Origin: an archaeon
GTDB lineage: Archaea > Aenigmatarchaeota > Aenigmatarchaeia > QMZP01 > JAFGSV01
Direction: 5' to 3'
NCBI GenBank assembly: GCA_028279705.1
Contig: JANQNF010000024.1
Location: 269,011 to 333,010, forward strand
DNA: 64,000 nt
A program made the translations under genes and the position numbers. The notes under the pieces are model-generated. The model was not told the DNA's origin, searched no databases, and worked only from the letters and a program-made list of their open reading frames with translations. Positions 1 through 8,012 of this stretch are shown piece by piece (positions within the stretch are counted from its first letter, which is position 1; every line of letters starts with the position of its first letter).

Positions 1-34
1 CGGGATGATACGCTAGTTCTACCGGAATAGCGGA

Positions 35-460
35 ATGGTGACTATATTGTCAGACTTCATAACAGATTGTCTGCGAGGAATTTTCGACACCGATGGATCA
101 TTCACATTTAAGAAAAATCACAAAAAAGTGAACTATTACCCGGTTGTCAAGCTTTACATGAAGAGCAAACCTCTGATAAAGCAGGTTGCAGAACTACTGC
201 TTATTTATGGAATAGAGAGCAACGTCCAATATGATGTAAAGGCTTTCGACAAAAGGGGCTTCATTTCTATTACACACCAACTTCATATAAACGGTAAGCG
301 CATGATTGGAAAATTCATGGAGGTAATAGGAACGTCGAATCCTAAGCATGAAACAAAATATCTTTTATGGCGAAAGAAAGGCTTTGTGAAACCAGGTTCT
401 AAATTACACGAAAGAATGAGCGAATTAGGTCTGAATTACACAAAATTTATTAAAGATTGA
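35..460 (+). CDS. Free-standing LAGLIDADG-family endonuclease-like protein (single motif visible)
   Basis: Motif DCLRGIFDTDGS followed by typical beta-strand segments and a C-terminal F..IG..NPKH..KY motif. The start may be TTG at 47 after GGTGA. An upstream frame ends at TAG 28-30. Confidence 0.8.
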   Translation: MVTILSDFITDCLRGIFDTDGSFTFKKNHKKVNYYPVVKLYMKSKPLIKQVAELLLIYGIESNVQYDVKAFDKRGFISITHQLHINGKRMIGKFMEVIGTSNPKHETKYLLWRKKGFVKPGSKLHERMSELGLNYTKFIKD

Positions 461-482
461 CAGTAATTGGTTATAACATGAT

Positions 483-634
483 GCCTCGGTGGCTCAGCGG
501 TTAGAGCGCCACAAGTCCCTAATAAGGATTAGGTGAAGCTCATAAGCGTGTCTTTATGAGCGCTGAGAAAACAGCAGTTTTCGATGATTTGCTGAGATAC
601 GTGGAGGTCACGAGTTCAAATCTCGTCCGAGGCA
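483..634 (+). tRNA. tRNA-Met(CAU), elongator type, with two introns (513-537 at 30/31; 545-598 at 37/38)
   Basis: Acceptor GCCTCGG/CCGAGGC-A, D arm GCTC/GAGC, T arm ACGAG-TTCAAAT-CTCGT. Removing both introns gives the anticodon arm CCACG-CT CAT AA-CGTGG. Both junctions fit BHB geometry (CGCC/GGTG with ACA and AAG bulges; CTCA/TGAG with TAA and ATA bulges). Ile2(CAU) is not strictly excluded. Confidence 0.9.
545..598 (+). ncRNA. Candidate intron-encoded box C/D guide RNA for Cm34 of tRNA-Met
   Basis: D box CTGA 563-566, stem GAAAAC/GTTTTC, 3-nt bulge GAT then GA (C-like box ATGATTT 584-590), second CTGA 592-595. The antisense TTATGAGCG (554-562) is complementary to CGCTCATAA. Confidence 0.65.
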
Positions 635-637
635 TTT

Positions 638-680
638 CCTCCGGGTTGGGAATTCGTTTCCCGCCCGAGGCACTTTTTCT
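638..680 (+). terminator. GC-rich stem-loop plus T-tract downstream of tRNA-Met; also resembles a tRNA 3'-end copy
   Basis: CCT-C-CGGG-TT-GGGAA-TTCG-TTTCCC-G-CCCG-AGG followed by cactttttct. Confidence 0.5.
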
Positions 681-716
681 ATATGTATTTAAAAAACTTC
701 CTACCGATTCAATGGT

Positions 717-950
717 ATGAATAACGCCAATGGTAAAATTGAATACCTTACTACGGATTTACATAAGGATTGTGACGGCAATATCTACAAATTTATGGGT
801 GAGAATAATGCCCCAATTGCTGTTTCGTTCTCTGATGTCTCAAGAAAGCTTGGTATACCTAAAAGTGAAGTGAGGGCATTTCCGGATGGGGAGATAGTAC
901 TGACCACACTTCCGAGCGGGGAGCTCAAGTATACAGTTCGTCGTTCTTAG
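717..950 (+). CDS. Hypothetical protein (AT-rich ORFan)
   Basis: 77-aa ORF with TTTAAA box upstream; no recognised motif. Confidence 0.5.
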   Translation: MNNANGKIEYLTTDLHKDCDGNIYKFMGENNAPIAVSFSDVSRKLGIPKSEVRAFPDGEIVLTTLPSGELKYTVRRS

Positions 951-1058
951 TGCACGAATCGTATGATGTAATGTGCATTCATTCAGTGTTCTTATACTCG
1001 TTCTCGCACTTTTTGAAATTGGGAAAATTTTTATGGCAGCTTCGTCATACTAAATACC

Positions 1059-1547
1059 ATGACCTCAAAAGAGACCATAAAAGTTGTGGTAGAGATACCT
1101 AAAGGCAGCAGGAACAAATACGAATATGACACCAAAACAGGGTACATAAAGTTCGACAGGATGCTTTTTTCTTCTGTCCATTATCCATGCGACTACGGCT
1201 TTATACCTGAGACCCTTGCAAGGGACGGTGACACACTTGATGCCCTCATAATAGTCGAGGAGCCGACATTTCCCGGCTGCATGATAGAGGCAGTGCCTGT
1301 CGGTGTCTTCAAGATGAGTGACGAAAAGGGTCCTGATGAAAAGATACTCTGCGTACCCGTGTCTGATCCAATGTGGAATCACATAAAGGACCTTTCAAAG
1401 GTCCCGCCCCATCTCCTAAAGGAGATTGAGCAGTTCTTCAGAACATATAAAGAGCTTGAAGGAAAGAAGACGAAGATCCAGGGATGGGAAGGTAAGAGGC
1501 CAGCCCTTGGCGTGATAAACGAGTGCAAGAAGATGTACAAGAAGTGA
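1059..1547 (+). CDS. ppa: Inorganic pyrophosphatase (family I)
   Basis: EIPKGSRNKYE, YPCDYGFIPETL, DGDTLD, DEKI motifs. Confidence 0.97.
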   Translation: MTSKETIKVVVEIPKGSRNKYEYDTKTGYIKFDRMLFSSVHYPCDYGFIPETLARDGDTLDALIIVEEPTFPGCMIEAVPVGVFKMSDEKGPDEKILCVPVSDPMWNHIKDLSKVPPHLLKEIEQFFRTYKELEGKKTKIQGWEGKRPALGVINECKKMYKK

Positions 1548-1552
1548 CTACT

Positions 1553-2272
1553 TCATTTTATCCTGAAATAAAGCCTTCTGTTGTTCTTTCCCTTGTTTTC
1601 ACACTTTATGAGTTCAAGGTCCCCTATTTCGCTAGTGTTTTTTATGTGGGTGCCGCCGTCGGCCTGCCTGTCGATGCCCTTTATGTCGACTATGCGTATC
1701 TCCTTTATCCCGGGTGGCAGACCCTTTGCGAGTCTTGATAGTCCTTCTTCCTTTTCCGCATCTTCCCTCGATATGAACGACACCTCGACTTCTGCGCCTT
1801 CTGCAGCTCTTTTGCTTGCTTCCTTTACGAACCCGTCCATGAGCGACGGGTCGTAGTCATCGAGCGAGAAGTCTATCCTGGACTTTTCCTCACCGAGCTG
1901 GTTTCCAGTAATCATCGCGCCGGTCTTCTGGTTTATGATACCGCTTATTATGTGAGACGCTGTGTGGTACCTCATGTGGGTGTGGCGCCTTTCCCAGTCT
2001 ATAGCACCTTTGACAGTGTCCCCCGCTTCCAGCGTCTTGCCTTCAGGACTTTCGACCTCGTGGCTTATCTCACCACCGAACTTGCCGACGAAGACCACCT
2101 TGAAGACAGTGCCGTCGGAAGACCGTGTGACAGTCCCGGTGTCGTATGGTTGCCCACCGGCGTTTGGGTAGAATGCTGTTTCTTCAAGGACGACGAACTT
2201 GCCGTCCTTGACATTCTTTACAGTGGTATTAAACTCCTTGATGTACGAGTCTTTCATGTAAAGCGCTTGCAT
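1553..2272 (-). CDS. alaXM: Alanyl-tRNA editing protein AlaX-M
   Basis: TAFYPNAGGQPYD, MRYHTASH, QADGGTH, NKGKNNRRLY; 239 aa. Confidence 0.93.
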   Translation of the reverse strand: MQALYMKDSYIKEFNTTVKNVKDGKFVVLEETAFYPNAGGQPYDTGTVTRSSDGTVFKVVFVGKFGGEISHEVESPEGKTLEAGDTVKGAIDWERRHTHMRYHTASHIISGIINQKTGAMITGNQLGEEKSRIDFSLDDYDPSLMDGFVKEASKRAAEGAEVEVSFISREDAEKEEGLSRLAKGLPPGIKEIRIVDIKGIDRQADGGTHIKNTSEIGDLELIKCENKGKNNRRLYFRIK

Positions 2273-2313
2273 AGAAGATAATTCTGCGTAGATGATTAAA
2301 AAACTTTAGAATG

Positions 2314-3570
2314 TCACAGGTTCGGATTGACAACTCTTCCCATGAAAAGTATGTTACCAGTATCCTTTTCCTGGATTATGAAGACAAAGGGATGATCAGC
2401 CCTGAATACATTACGTGGCATACCTTTTGATAGCATGACCAACGCAGTAGCAGCGGCAGCTTCCGTACCTTCCTCGTCAACTTTAATGTAAGCCTGGTGT
2501 ATCACATCGCTGATAAAGAGGTTTTCTGTCCCATCCATTCCCGAAAAGTCTGCTCCCGGTAAATTAAATGGTGCTTGCATGCCCATTGAGGTCAGCGTAT
2601 CTACCATGAAGTATTTTGTTTCGAATTCGAATCTTGGCATGTATATGGCATCCAATTTAGTCATTTCCATCTCACTTTTCCACTCTTCCAGACTTTCCGC
2701 ATTTAGCAATGGCTCGACATCGCCAAGAGTCTCATTTGGCAATATTATCAGCATAGAGATATCATCTCCCCTGTATGGAAGTTCCAAAATCTGTAAATGC
2801 CCAAGGTCAGCATAGCTGAAATCCGTTTTATCGTTATCCAAAATCATCATAGGTGCTTTCACAGTGCTTGTCGGAGTAACCTTAAATCTACTTTCTGTTG
2901 TCTTGGATTTATCGAATTGCCATACCCACGAACCTTTGAAATAAATGGCATTCGTAAGCACCATTGCCGTTTCCTGATCCAATGTTCCAGGCGGAATTAA
3001 GTCCCGGATCTTATGATTCGTCTGCTCTTCGATGAAACTGTTTATCGTCTGCCTGGACTTTTCTGCCTCTTTGAAGAAATCCAGATTTGCCGCTTTCCCG
3101 CCGTAATATTTTTCAACAGTCTCCATGTAATCTTTGAGAAACGGATAATCTTCCTGTACCCACAGCGCGTTTCCTGTTCTCAGTTCATAGTCACTGACTT
3201 CCCTGTTTATGTCATTGTAAATTGCTGCGTAATTCGGCCTTATGATGTCATATTCGGGAAAATGGAATACAGTATTTATTTCATCTGCTGTTTGCCCCTT
3301 TGCACCTTCAAGCGTCATGGCAAAAGCTGAAGATATACTGTATGGGGAAAAGAACAGGTTACCACTCTCCTCATTGACAAATTCTGAATAAAGATCGAAT
3401 GCAAACTGATTGTTTGCATTTACCACTTTCTGAATCCCATCCTTCGTTGAGCCAGCATCATCTGCCGTTGGAGGTTGAAGGGGAGCGTATGGGAAAAGAA
3501 ACAATACCGTAGCGCTGGCTGTACCGACAAGTAAAATTGCCAGCAGTGGAGTCAAAATTGCCTTATTCAT
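2314..3570 (-). CDS. Serpin (serine protease inhibitor) with N-terminal signal/anchor
   Basis: NNQFAFDLY, NLFFSPYSI, LTNAIYFKGSW, hinge VDEEGTEAAAAT, FRADHPFVFII. Confidence 0.95.
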   Translation of the reverse strand: MNKAILTPLLAILLVGTASATVLFLFPYAPLQPPTADDAGSTKDGIQKVVNANNQFAFDLYSEFVNEESGNLFFSPYSISSAFAMTLEGAKGQTADEINTVFHFPEYDIIRPNYAAIYNDINREVSDYELRTGNALWVQEDYPFLKDYMETVEKYYGGKAANLDFFKEAEKSRQTINSFIEEQTNHKIRDLIPPGTLDQETAMVLTNAIYFKGSWVWQFDKSKTTESRFKVTPTSTVKAPMMILDNDKTDFSYADLGHLQILELPYRGDDISMLIILPNETLGDVEPLLNAESLEEWKSEMEMTKLDAIYMPRFEFETKYFMVDTLTSMGMQAPFNLPGADFSGMDGTENLFISDVIHQAYIKVDEEGTEAAAATALVMLSKGMPRNVFRADHPFVFIIQEKDTGNILFMGRVVNPNL

Positions 3571-3678
3571 GTTTCTTCATTGAACGATGATATTAAAAAG
3601 ACACGCTTTTTGTTTAGTTTAAAACCGTAGCAAAAACTTGCAGGTTTTCTAAATAATGGTCCAAGGGGATACGTGGGA

Positions 3679-4086
3679 TCAATCCACTATTTCCTGTTCC
3701 AGTCTCCATAGCTGGAGAACCACGAAAACGAGTATGGCCGCGATGACCGCCGGTATGTAAACGTCTACTCCAACGGCAAGGCCGACCCCTGCCGTAACCC
3801 AGAGCGTCGCCGCCGTCGTTATTCCCTGTATGCGGGCCCTCGATGCCATTATGGTACCTGCACCTATGAAACCTATACCGGTCACGATGCCCGCGGCCAC
3901 CCTTGCGGGGTCCATTCCGAATTCACTCACGGAAACGACCGTGAAAAGACACGATCCCATGGAGACGAGCATGTGGGTCCGCAGTCCTGCGGGCTTTCTG
4001 TGAATTTCCCTTTCGAGCCCTACCAGCCCGCCGAGTCCCATTGCTATGACAAGCTTGAGCGTCATTAGGGCGGCATCTTCCCACAT
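3679..4086 (-). CDS. MgtC/SapB family membrane protein
   Basis: GLERE..KPAGLRTH, DPARVAAGIVTGIGFIGAG, GITTAATLW. Confidence 0.93.
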   Translation of the reverse strand: MWEDAALMTLKLVIAMGLGGLVGLEREIHRKPAGLRTHMLVSMGSCLFTVVSVSEFGMDPARVAAGIVTGIGFIGAGTIMASRARIQGITTAATLWVTAGVGLAVGVDVYIPAVIAAILVFVVLQLWRLEQEIVD

Positions 4087-4158
4087 GAATAATAATTTGT
4101 GCGAACCCGTTAAAAAATGCGTGGTAAAAATCTAATTTAAACCTGTCAGGGAAATTAA

Positions 4159-4752
4159 ATGACAGGTGCCATCATGGTGTTCAGGCGAAACGACATAGAC
4201 AACGAGAGGAGATCGCCACGCGTTTTTGTCAAAATGAAGAGCAGGGTGACCCATAACAGGCTGAGGGTCAGTGGTGCCATGAAAGAACTGAAGTCTTTTG
4301 GTCTTGACGAGGGAATGACTGTCGTGGACTTTGGGTGCGGCAGCGGCATCTACACGATAGCTGCTGCAAAGGTCGTTGGAAATAGCGGGACCGTCCATGC
4401 AGTGGACCTTCACCCGACGCTCCTTGAGATGGCAGAGAAGCGTGCGCTTGGAATGGGACTCACAAACATAGACACGATTTATTCGGACCTGGAGACCGGT
4501 GTGGACGAAGACAGCGTGGACATTGTCATTTTCTACAACGTGCTTACGAGTACAAGGAGCGTTCGCGAACTTCTTTTCGAGGCCAACAGGATAATCAAAG
4601 AGGACGGAACGCTTCTTATAAGACAATCCGGTATGACTCAGGACAAGATTAAAGTCATGGTCCTTAAGGACGGTTTCTTCAGCTATCTCGGAAAGAGGGG
4701 AAAGACAATGAAGTTCAAAAAGATAATAGGCGCTTTCCACGAAATCTCGTGA
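4159..4752 (+). CDS. Class I SAM-dependent methyltransferase
   Basis: VVDFGCGSG motif I, VHAVD, SVDIV, RIIKEDG. Confidence 0.88.
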   Translation: MTGAIMVFRRNDIDNERRSPRVFVKMKSRVTHNRLRVSGAMKELKSFGLDEGMTVVDFGCGSGIYTIAAAKVVGNSGTVHAVDLHPTLLEMAEKRALGMGLTNIDTIYSDLETGVDEDSVDIVIFYNVLTSTRSVRELLFEANRIIKEDGTLLIRQSGMTQDKIKVMVLKDGFFSYLGKRGKTMKFKKIIGAFHEIS

Positions 4753-4796
4753 GAAGCTTAATAAACTAAACGACCATATAGACACAACGTGATTTT

Positions 4797-5159
4797 ATGG
4801 ACACCAGCATAATCACCGGAGACAGGGCACTCTCCCTTGAAAAGTGGGCAAAGGCTAACACCATAAGCTCAACGATGGCAAAGTCGCTTTCCGATGCCAT
4901 AGACGACCCCGATGAGACTCCATACCTGCTGAAAAACATAACTGATAGTTTCTCCAAGATGAAGAAGGCATCCAAGAAGGCCGTGAGAGAGTCGCTGATA
5001 AGGGTGCAGATATACTGCTCCATACACGGCAATTCCGACCCGATAAAACTGAGCAAGCAGCTCTATATAGCCCAGACCATGGAGAAGCTAATGTTCGGTT
5101 TCAACATACTCATCGACGGGATGGAAGAAGAGGAAGAAGAAAAAGAGAAAAAGAAGTAG
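4797..5159 (+). CDS. Hypothetical protein
   Basis: 120-aa ORF with genome-typical codon usage and a charged tail. Confidence 0.65.
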   Translation: MDTSIITGDRALSLEKWAKANTISSTMAKSLSDAIDDPDETPYLLKNITDSFSKMKKASKKAVRESLIRVQIYCSIHGNSDPIKLSKQLYIAQTMEKLMFGFNILIDGMEEEEEEKEKKK

Positions 5160-5199
5160 CTAACTTTAATATAAAAAACCAATAATATACTGTGAAAAA

Positions 5200-5934
5200 A
5201 TGGACTTGCTGTCGGTTCTGGTCTTAGGTTTCGCTGCGGGCGCATCCACGCTTCTTGGCGGGCTCATCTACAACTTCTTCAAGGTCGGCAAGCGGTACCT
5301 CCAGTGGGCACTTTCGGGTTCAACCGGCGTTCTCCTTTCCGTGATAATGCTTGGACTCCTTCCAGAAGCTGTCAATCTTGGCGGTCTCATGTACACCGCG
5401 CTGGGCTTCATACTCGGCGGAGTTATTTTCATGGTCGCAGGATTCCTTTTCCCTCACACTTACCTTTACGAGAAGTACGAGGACAGGCTTTACTCGATAC
5501 TAAAGACGGGGTCCCTCGTTCTTGCCGGCATATTCCTTTACAACCTACCAGCAGGACTCCTTGCCGGTGCTGGGTATGCAGTTTCAGCGTCGCTTGGAAC
5601 AGCGATGTTCATTGCAGTCGTCCTGCAGAACATCCCGAGGGGAGTATCTGTCAGCATCCCGATGTCTCAGACAGCCACTGAGAAAAACAAGATACTCGTG
5701 ATGCTTCTTGTTTCCGGGATTCCTGCAATGATCGGTGCAGTGATTGCATTCGGCGCCCTCAGCGGCGCTACCGGCGTCATCCTGTCAACGGGCATATCGC
5801 TTTCTGCAGGCGCCATGGTGTTTGTATTCATAGACCAGATGATGCCCGTAGTCAAAGCTGACAGAAGGATGCACGAAACCGCGATCACTCTTTTCATAGG
5901 CCTTTTCATAGGCGTACTTCTCCTGGGGATCTAG
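5200..5934 (+). CDS. ZIP/ZupT-family transporter-like protein with degenerate metal ligands
   Basis: Multi-TM ZupT layout (STLLGG, GLLPEA, SAGAMVFVFIDQMMP), but the TM4/TM5 motifs read YNLPAG and QNIPRG. Confidence 0.8.
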   Translation: MDLLSVLVLGFAAGASTLLGGLIYNFFKVGKRYLQWALSGSTGVLLSVIMLGLLPEAVNLGGLMYTALGFILGGVIFMVAGFLFPHTYLYEKYEDRLYSILKTGSLVLAGIFLYNLPAGLLAGAGYAVSASLGTAMFIAVVLQNIPRGVSVSIPMSQTATEKNKILVMLLVSGIPAMIGAVIAFGALSGATGVILSTGISLSAGAMVFVFIDQMMPVVKADRRMHETAITLFIGLFIGVLLLGI

Positions 5935-6444
5935 ATGATAACCGTTCTCAGAATCGGCCATCGCGCAGGCAGGGACCCCCGCATAGCCACGCACTGCGCG
6001 CTTACGTCCAGGGCACTCGGTGCTGAACGCATAGTCTATACGGGCGAAAAAGACAGTGACATGGAGAAATCTGTCAGAAAGATCGTCGATAACTGGGGCG
6101 GACCTTTTGAAATAACGTACGAGAAGAGCTGGCGAAAAGTCTTGAAAGATTCTGGTGCAAAGAGCGTGCACCTAACCATGTACGGACTTCCTTTACAGAA
6201 TGAGATATCGAAGATACGGAAGGCTAGAGACGTCATTATAATAATAGGTGGTGAGAAGGTGCCTATGGAAGTGTACAATACGGTTGACCACAACGTAGCC
6301 GTTACGAGCCAGCCCCATTCGGAAGTAGCTTCACTTGCGGTTTTCCTCCACGAATATCAGCAGGGAAAGGGACTCGATAAGAAGTTCAAAAACGCCAAGA
6401 TGAGCCTGGTCCCGCAGAAGTGCGGGAAGAAAATAATTAATTAG
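5935..6444 (+). CDS. trm56: tRNA (cytidine56-2'-O)-methyltransferase aTrm56
   Basis: VLRIGHR..RDPRIATH.ALTSRALGA, VHLTMYG, GGEKVP, NVAVTSQPHSEVA. Confidence 0.96.
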   Translation: MITVLRIGHRAGRDPRIATHCALTSRALGAERIVYTGEKDSDMEKSVRKIVDNWGGPFEITYEKSWRKVLKDSGAKSVHLTMYGLPLQNEISKIRKARDVIIIIGGEKVPMEVYNTVDHNVAVTSQPHSEVASLAVFLHEYQQGKGLDKKFKNAKMSLVPQKCGKKIIN

Positions 6445-6495
6445 TTGTCACTCTTAAGTTATAACTTTATAAATGTATAAGTGATAATGTTTGTT

Positions 6496-7035
6496 ATGGG
6501 TGGAATTCTAACTGACGCTAAATATATTGTAGATGCTATAGACCAAGCTATATACGGTGTAATGGAAAATCCTGATTATGGCGGTCAGGTAGGATGTGTA
6601 ATAGTGGGACCTAACGGTGATGTACTGTGTAGATCATACAACAAGAAAGTCAATGGAAAACGACTTCATGCGGAAGAAATAGCCCTTAATGAAGTTGGAG
6701 ATATGGATATCAGCGGTTCTACAATGTATCTTACTATAGAACCATGTAACGGCAATGTCCATCATGACAGGAAGCATTGCTGCGAGCAGATAGTCAATGC
6801 TGGTGTAGGCAGAGTAGTGATGGCTAACCGCAAGTTCAGATACGAAGGCGGTGCGGATTACATAAGAAAAAGCGACATACCTGTCGACACTATCGAGAAT
6901 GACAAAATAAATCAGCTCTGTGGCCTGCTTGCAAAGAGTGTTAAAGACGGTTCTTTCAGCAAGAAAACATTGAACAAGATAGCGAGTGCCAGGAGTAATA
7001 TTACCCTATTTAGCGAGCAACACTACCCTGCTTGA
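6496..7035 (+). CDS. Zn-dependent cytidine-deaminase-fold protein (RibD deaminase-like, stand-alone)
   Basis: VGCVIV, HAEEIAL, MYLTIEPC...HCC, IVNAGVGRVV. AT-rich; its 3' end overlaps taw1. Confidence 0.8.
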   Translation: MGGILTDAKYIVDAIDQAIYGVMENPDYGGQVGCVIVGPNGDVLCRSYNKKVNGKRLHAEEIALNEVGDMDISGSTMYLTIEPCNGNVHHDRKHCCEQIVNAGVGRVVMANRKFRYEGGADYIRKSDIPVDTIENDKINQLCGLLAKSVKDGSFSKKTLNKIASARSNITLFSEQHYPA

Positions 7036-7917
7036 CTTCTGCTCGTTCTTGTATTTGTAACCTGTGAGCTTGGACAGCTTTTCTGCAAATGCCCTGACAT
7101 CCTTGTGGTAGAGCATGTTCTCCTTTTTCAGCCGCTTCCTGCTGAATCCTACCCACATGTAGCTCTTGGCCTCGATGAAATCGGGACTCGCCTTTTTTAT
7201 GAGCTCTGCGTAGCCTTCAAGATTATTGTCATTCAGACCCTTCACCAGTGTCAGTCTCAGTACCTTTGTACACGAGAACGAGTCCATTAATTCCAGACTC
7301 CGATTGAAGCGTTCCCAGTAGTCCTTTAGCAGCGGACTGTCCACCTTTTTGTAAGTCTCACTATCGGGAGCATCCAGTGATATGTACAGGTTCGTCGGTT
7401 CCGTTATACCTTCCAGCCTTTCTGGGTACTGTCCATTAGTGACGAGGAATGTGGTAAATCCCCTCTTGTGGAATTCTTCGATGAGCTCCGAGATTCTGTT
7501 ATATGCAGTCGGCTCTCCTGAGAGCGATATGGCAGCCTGGTTAGGTTCCTGCGCTTCCTCCCACTTCCTCTTGTCCGCCCTGTCAAGGCCTTTGAAGCCC
7601 GTCAGGAGCAGCCTCTGCTGCTCTATGCACCGGTCTATAACTTCCGATGGTTCATTCACATTTCCCCCGCTTTCCGGACTTTTCATGGTCTTCTCCACTG
7701 CGCGCCAGCAGTATACGCACCTGTTAGGGCACCAAGCGACGCTTGGTGTCATCTGAAGGCACCGGTGGCTCTCTATGCCGTAGAACTTCTGTTTGTAGCA
7801 AACGCCTTCGCCGCGAAGGGACTTTTTAGTCCATTCGCATATCTTCACAGCGGAATGCCTGCCTGCCATCCTGTACTGCTGCCTTCGAAAAAGCTTCTCA
7901 AGGTCCTGATTAACCAT
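7006..7917 (-). CDS. taw1: 4-demethylwyosine synthase Taw1/TYW1 (radical SAM)
   Basis: HSAVKICEWT, CYKQKFYGIESHRCLQMTP, CPNRCVYCWR, AISLSGEPT. Confidence 0.96.
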   Translation of the reverse strand: MVNQDLEKLFRRQQYRMAGRHSAVKICEWTKKSLRGEGVCYKQKFYGIESHRCLQMTPSVAWCPNRCVYCWRAVEKTMKSPESGGNVNEPSEVIDRCIEQQRLLLTGFKGLDRADKRKWEEAQEPNQAAISLSGEPTAYNRISELIEEFHKRGFTTFLVTNGQYPERLEGITEPTNLYISLDAPDSETYKKVDSPLLKDYWERFNRSLELMDSFSCTKVLRLTLVKGLNDNNLEGYAELIKKASPDFIEAKSYMWVGFSRKRLKKENMLYHKDVRAFAEKLSKLTGYKYKNEQKSSRVVLLAK

Positions 7918-8012
7918 AACAAGAATAGCGTGAAAGCTCTTTAAAAACTGACGATGTCGCCAAGCAAAGGTTTAAAAATGTTTGTACCAATCTATGGAAT
8001 CTGGGTGATGAT

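Noticed and set aside
562-570. Second GCTGAGA inside intron 2 as an alternative 3' splice site or third tandem intron
   Set aside because: The outer helix does not form (G538 faces A571) and the leftover does not give a clean BHB. It is better explained as the D box of the guide motif.
1553-2272. AlaX QADGGTH in place of CGGTH, and the DETD variant in the helicase at 39596-40855
   Set aside because: Both look like tolerated family variants with all other motifs intact, so they are not evidence of new function.
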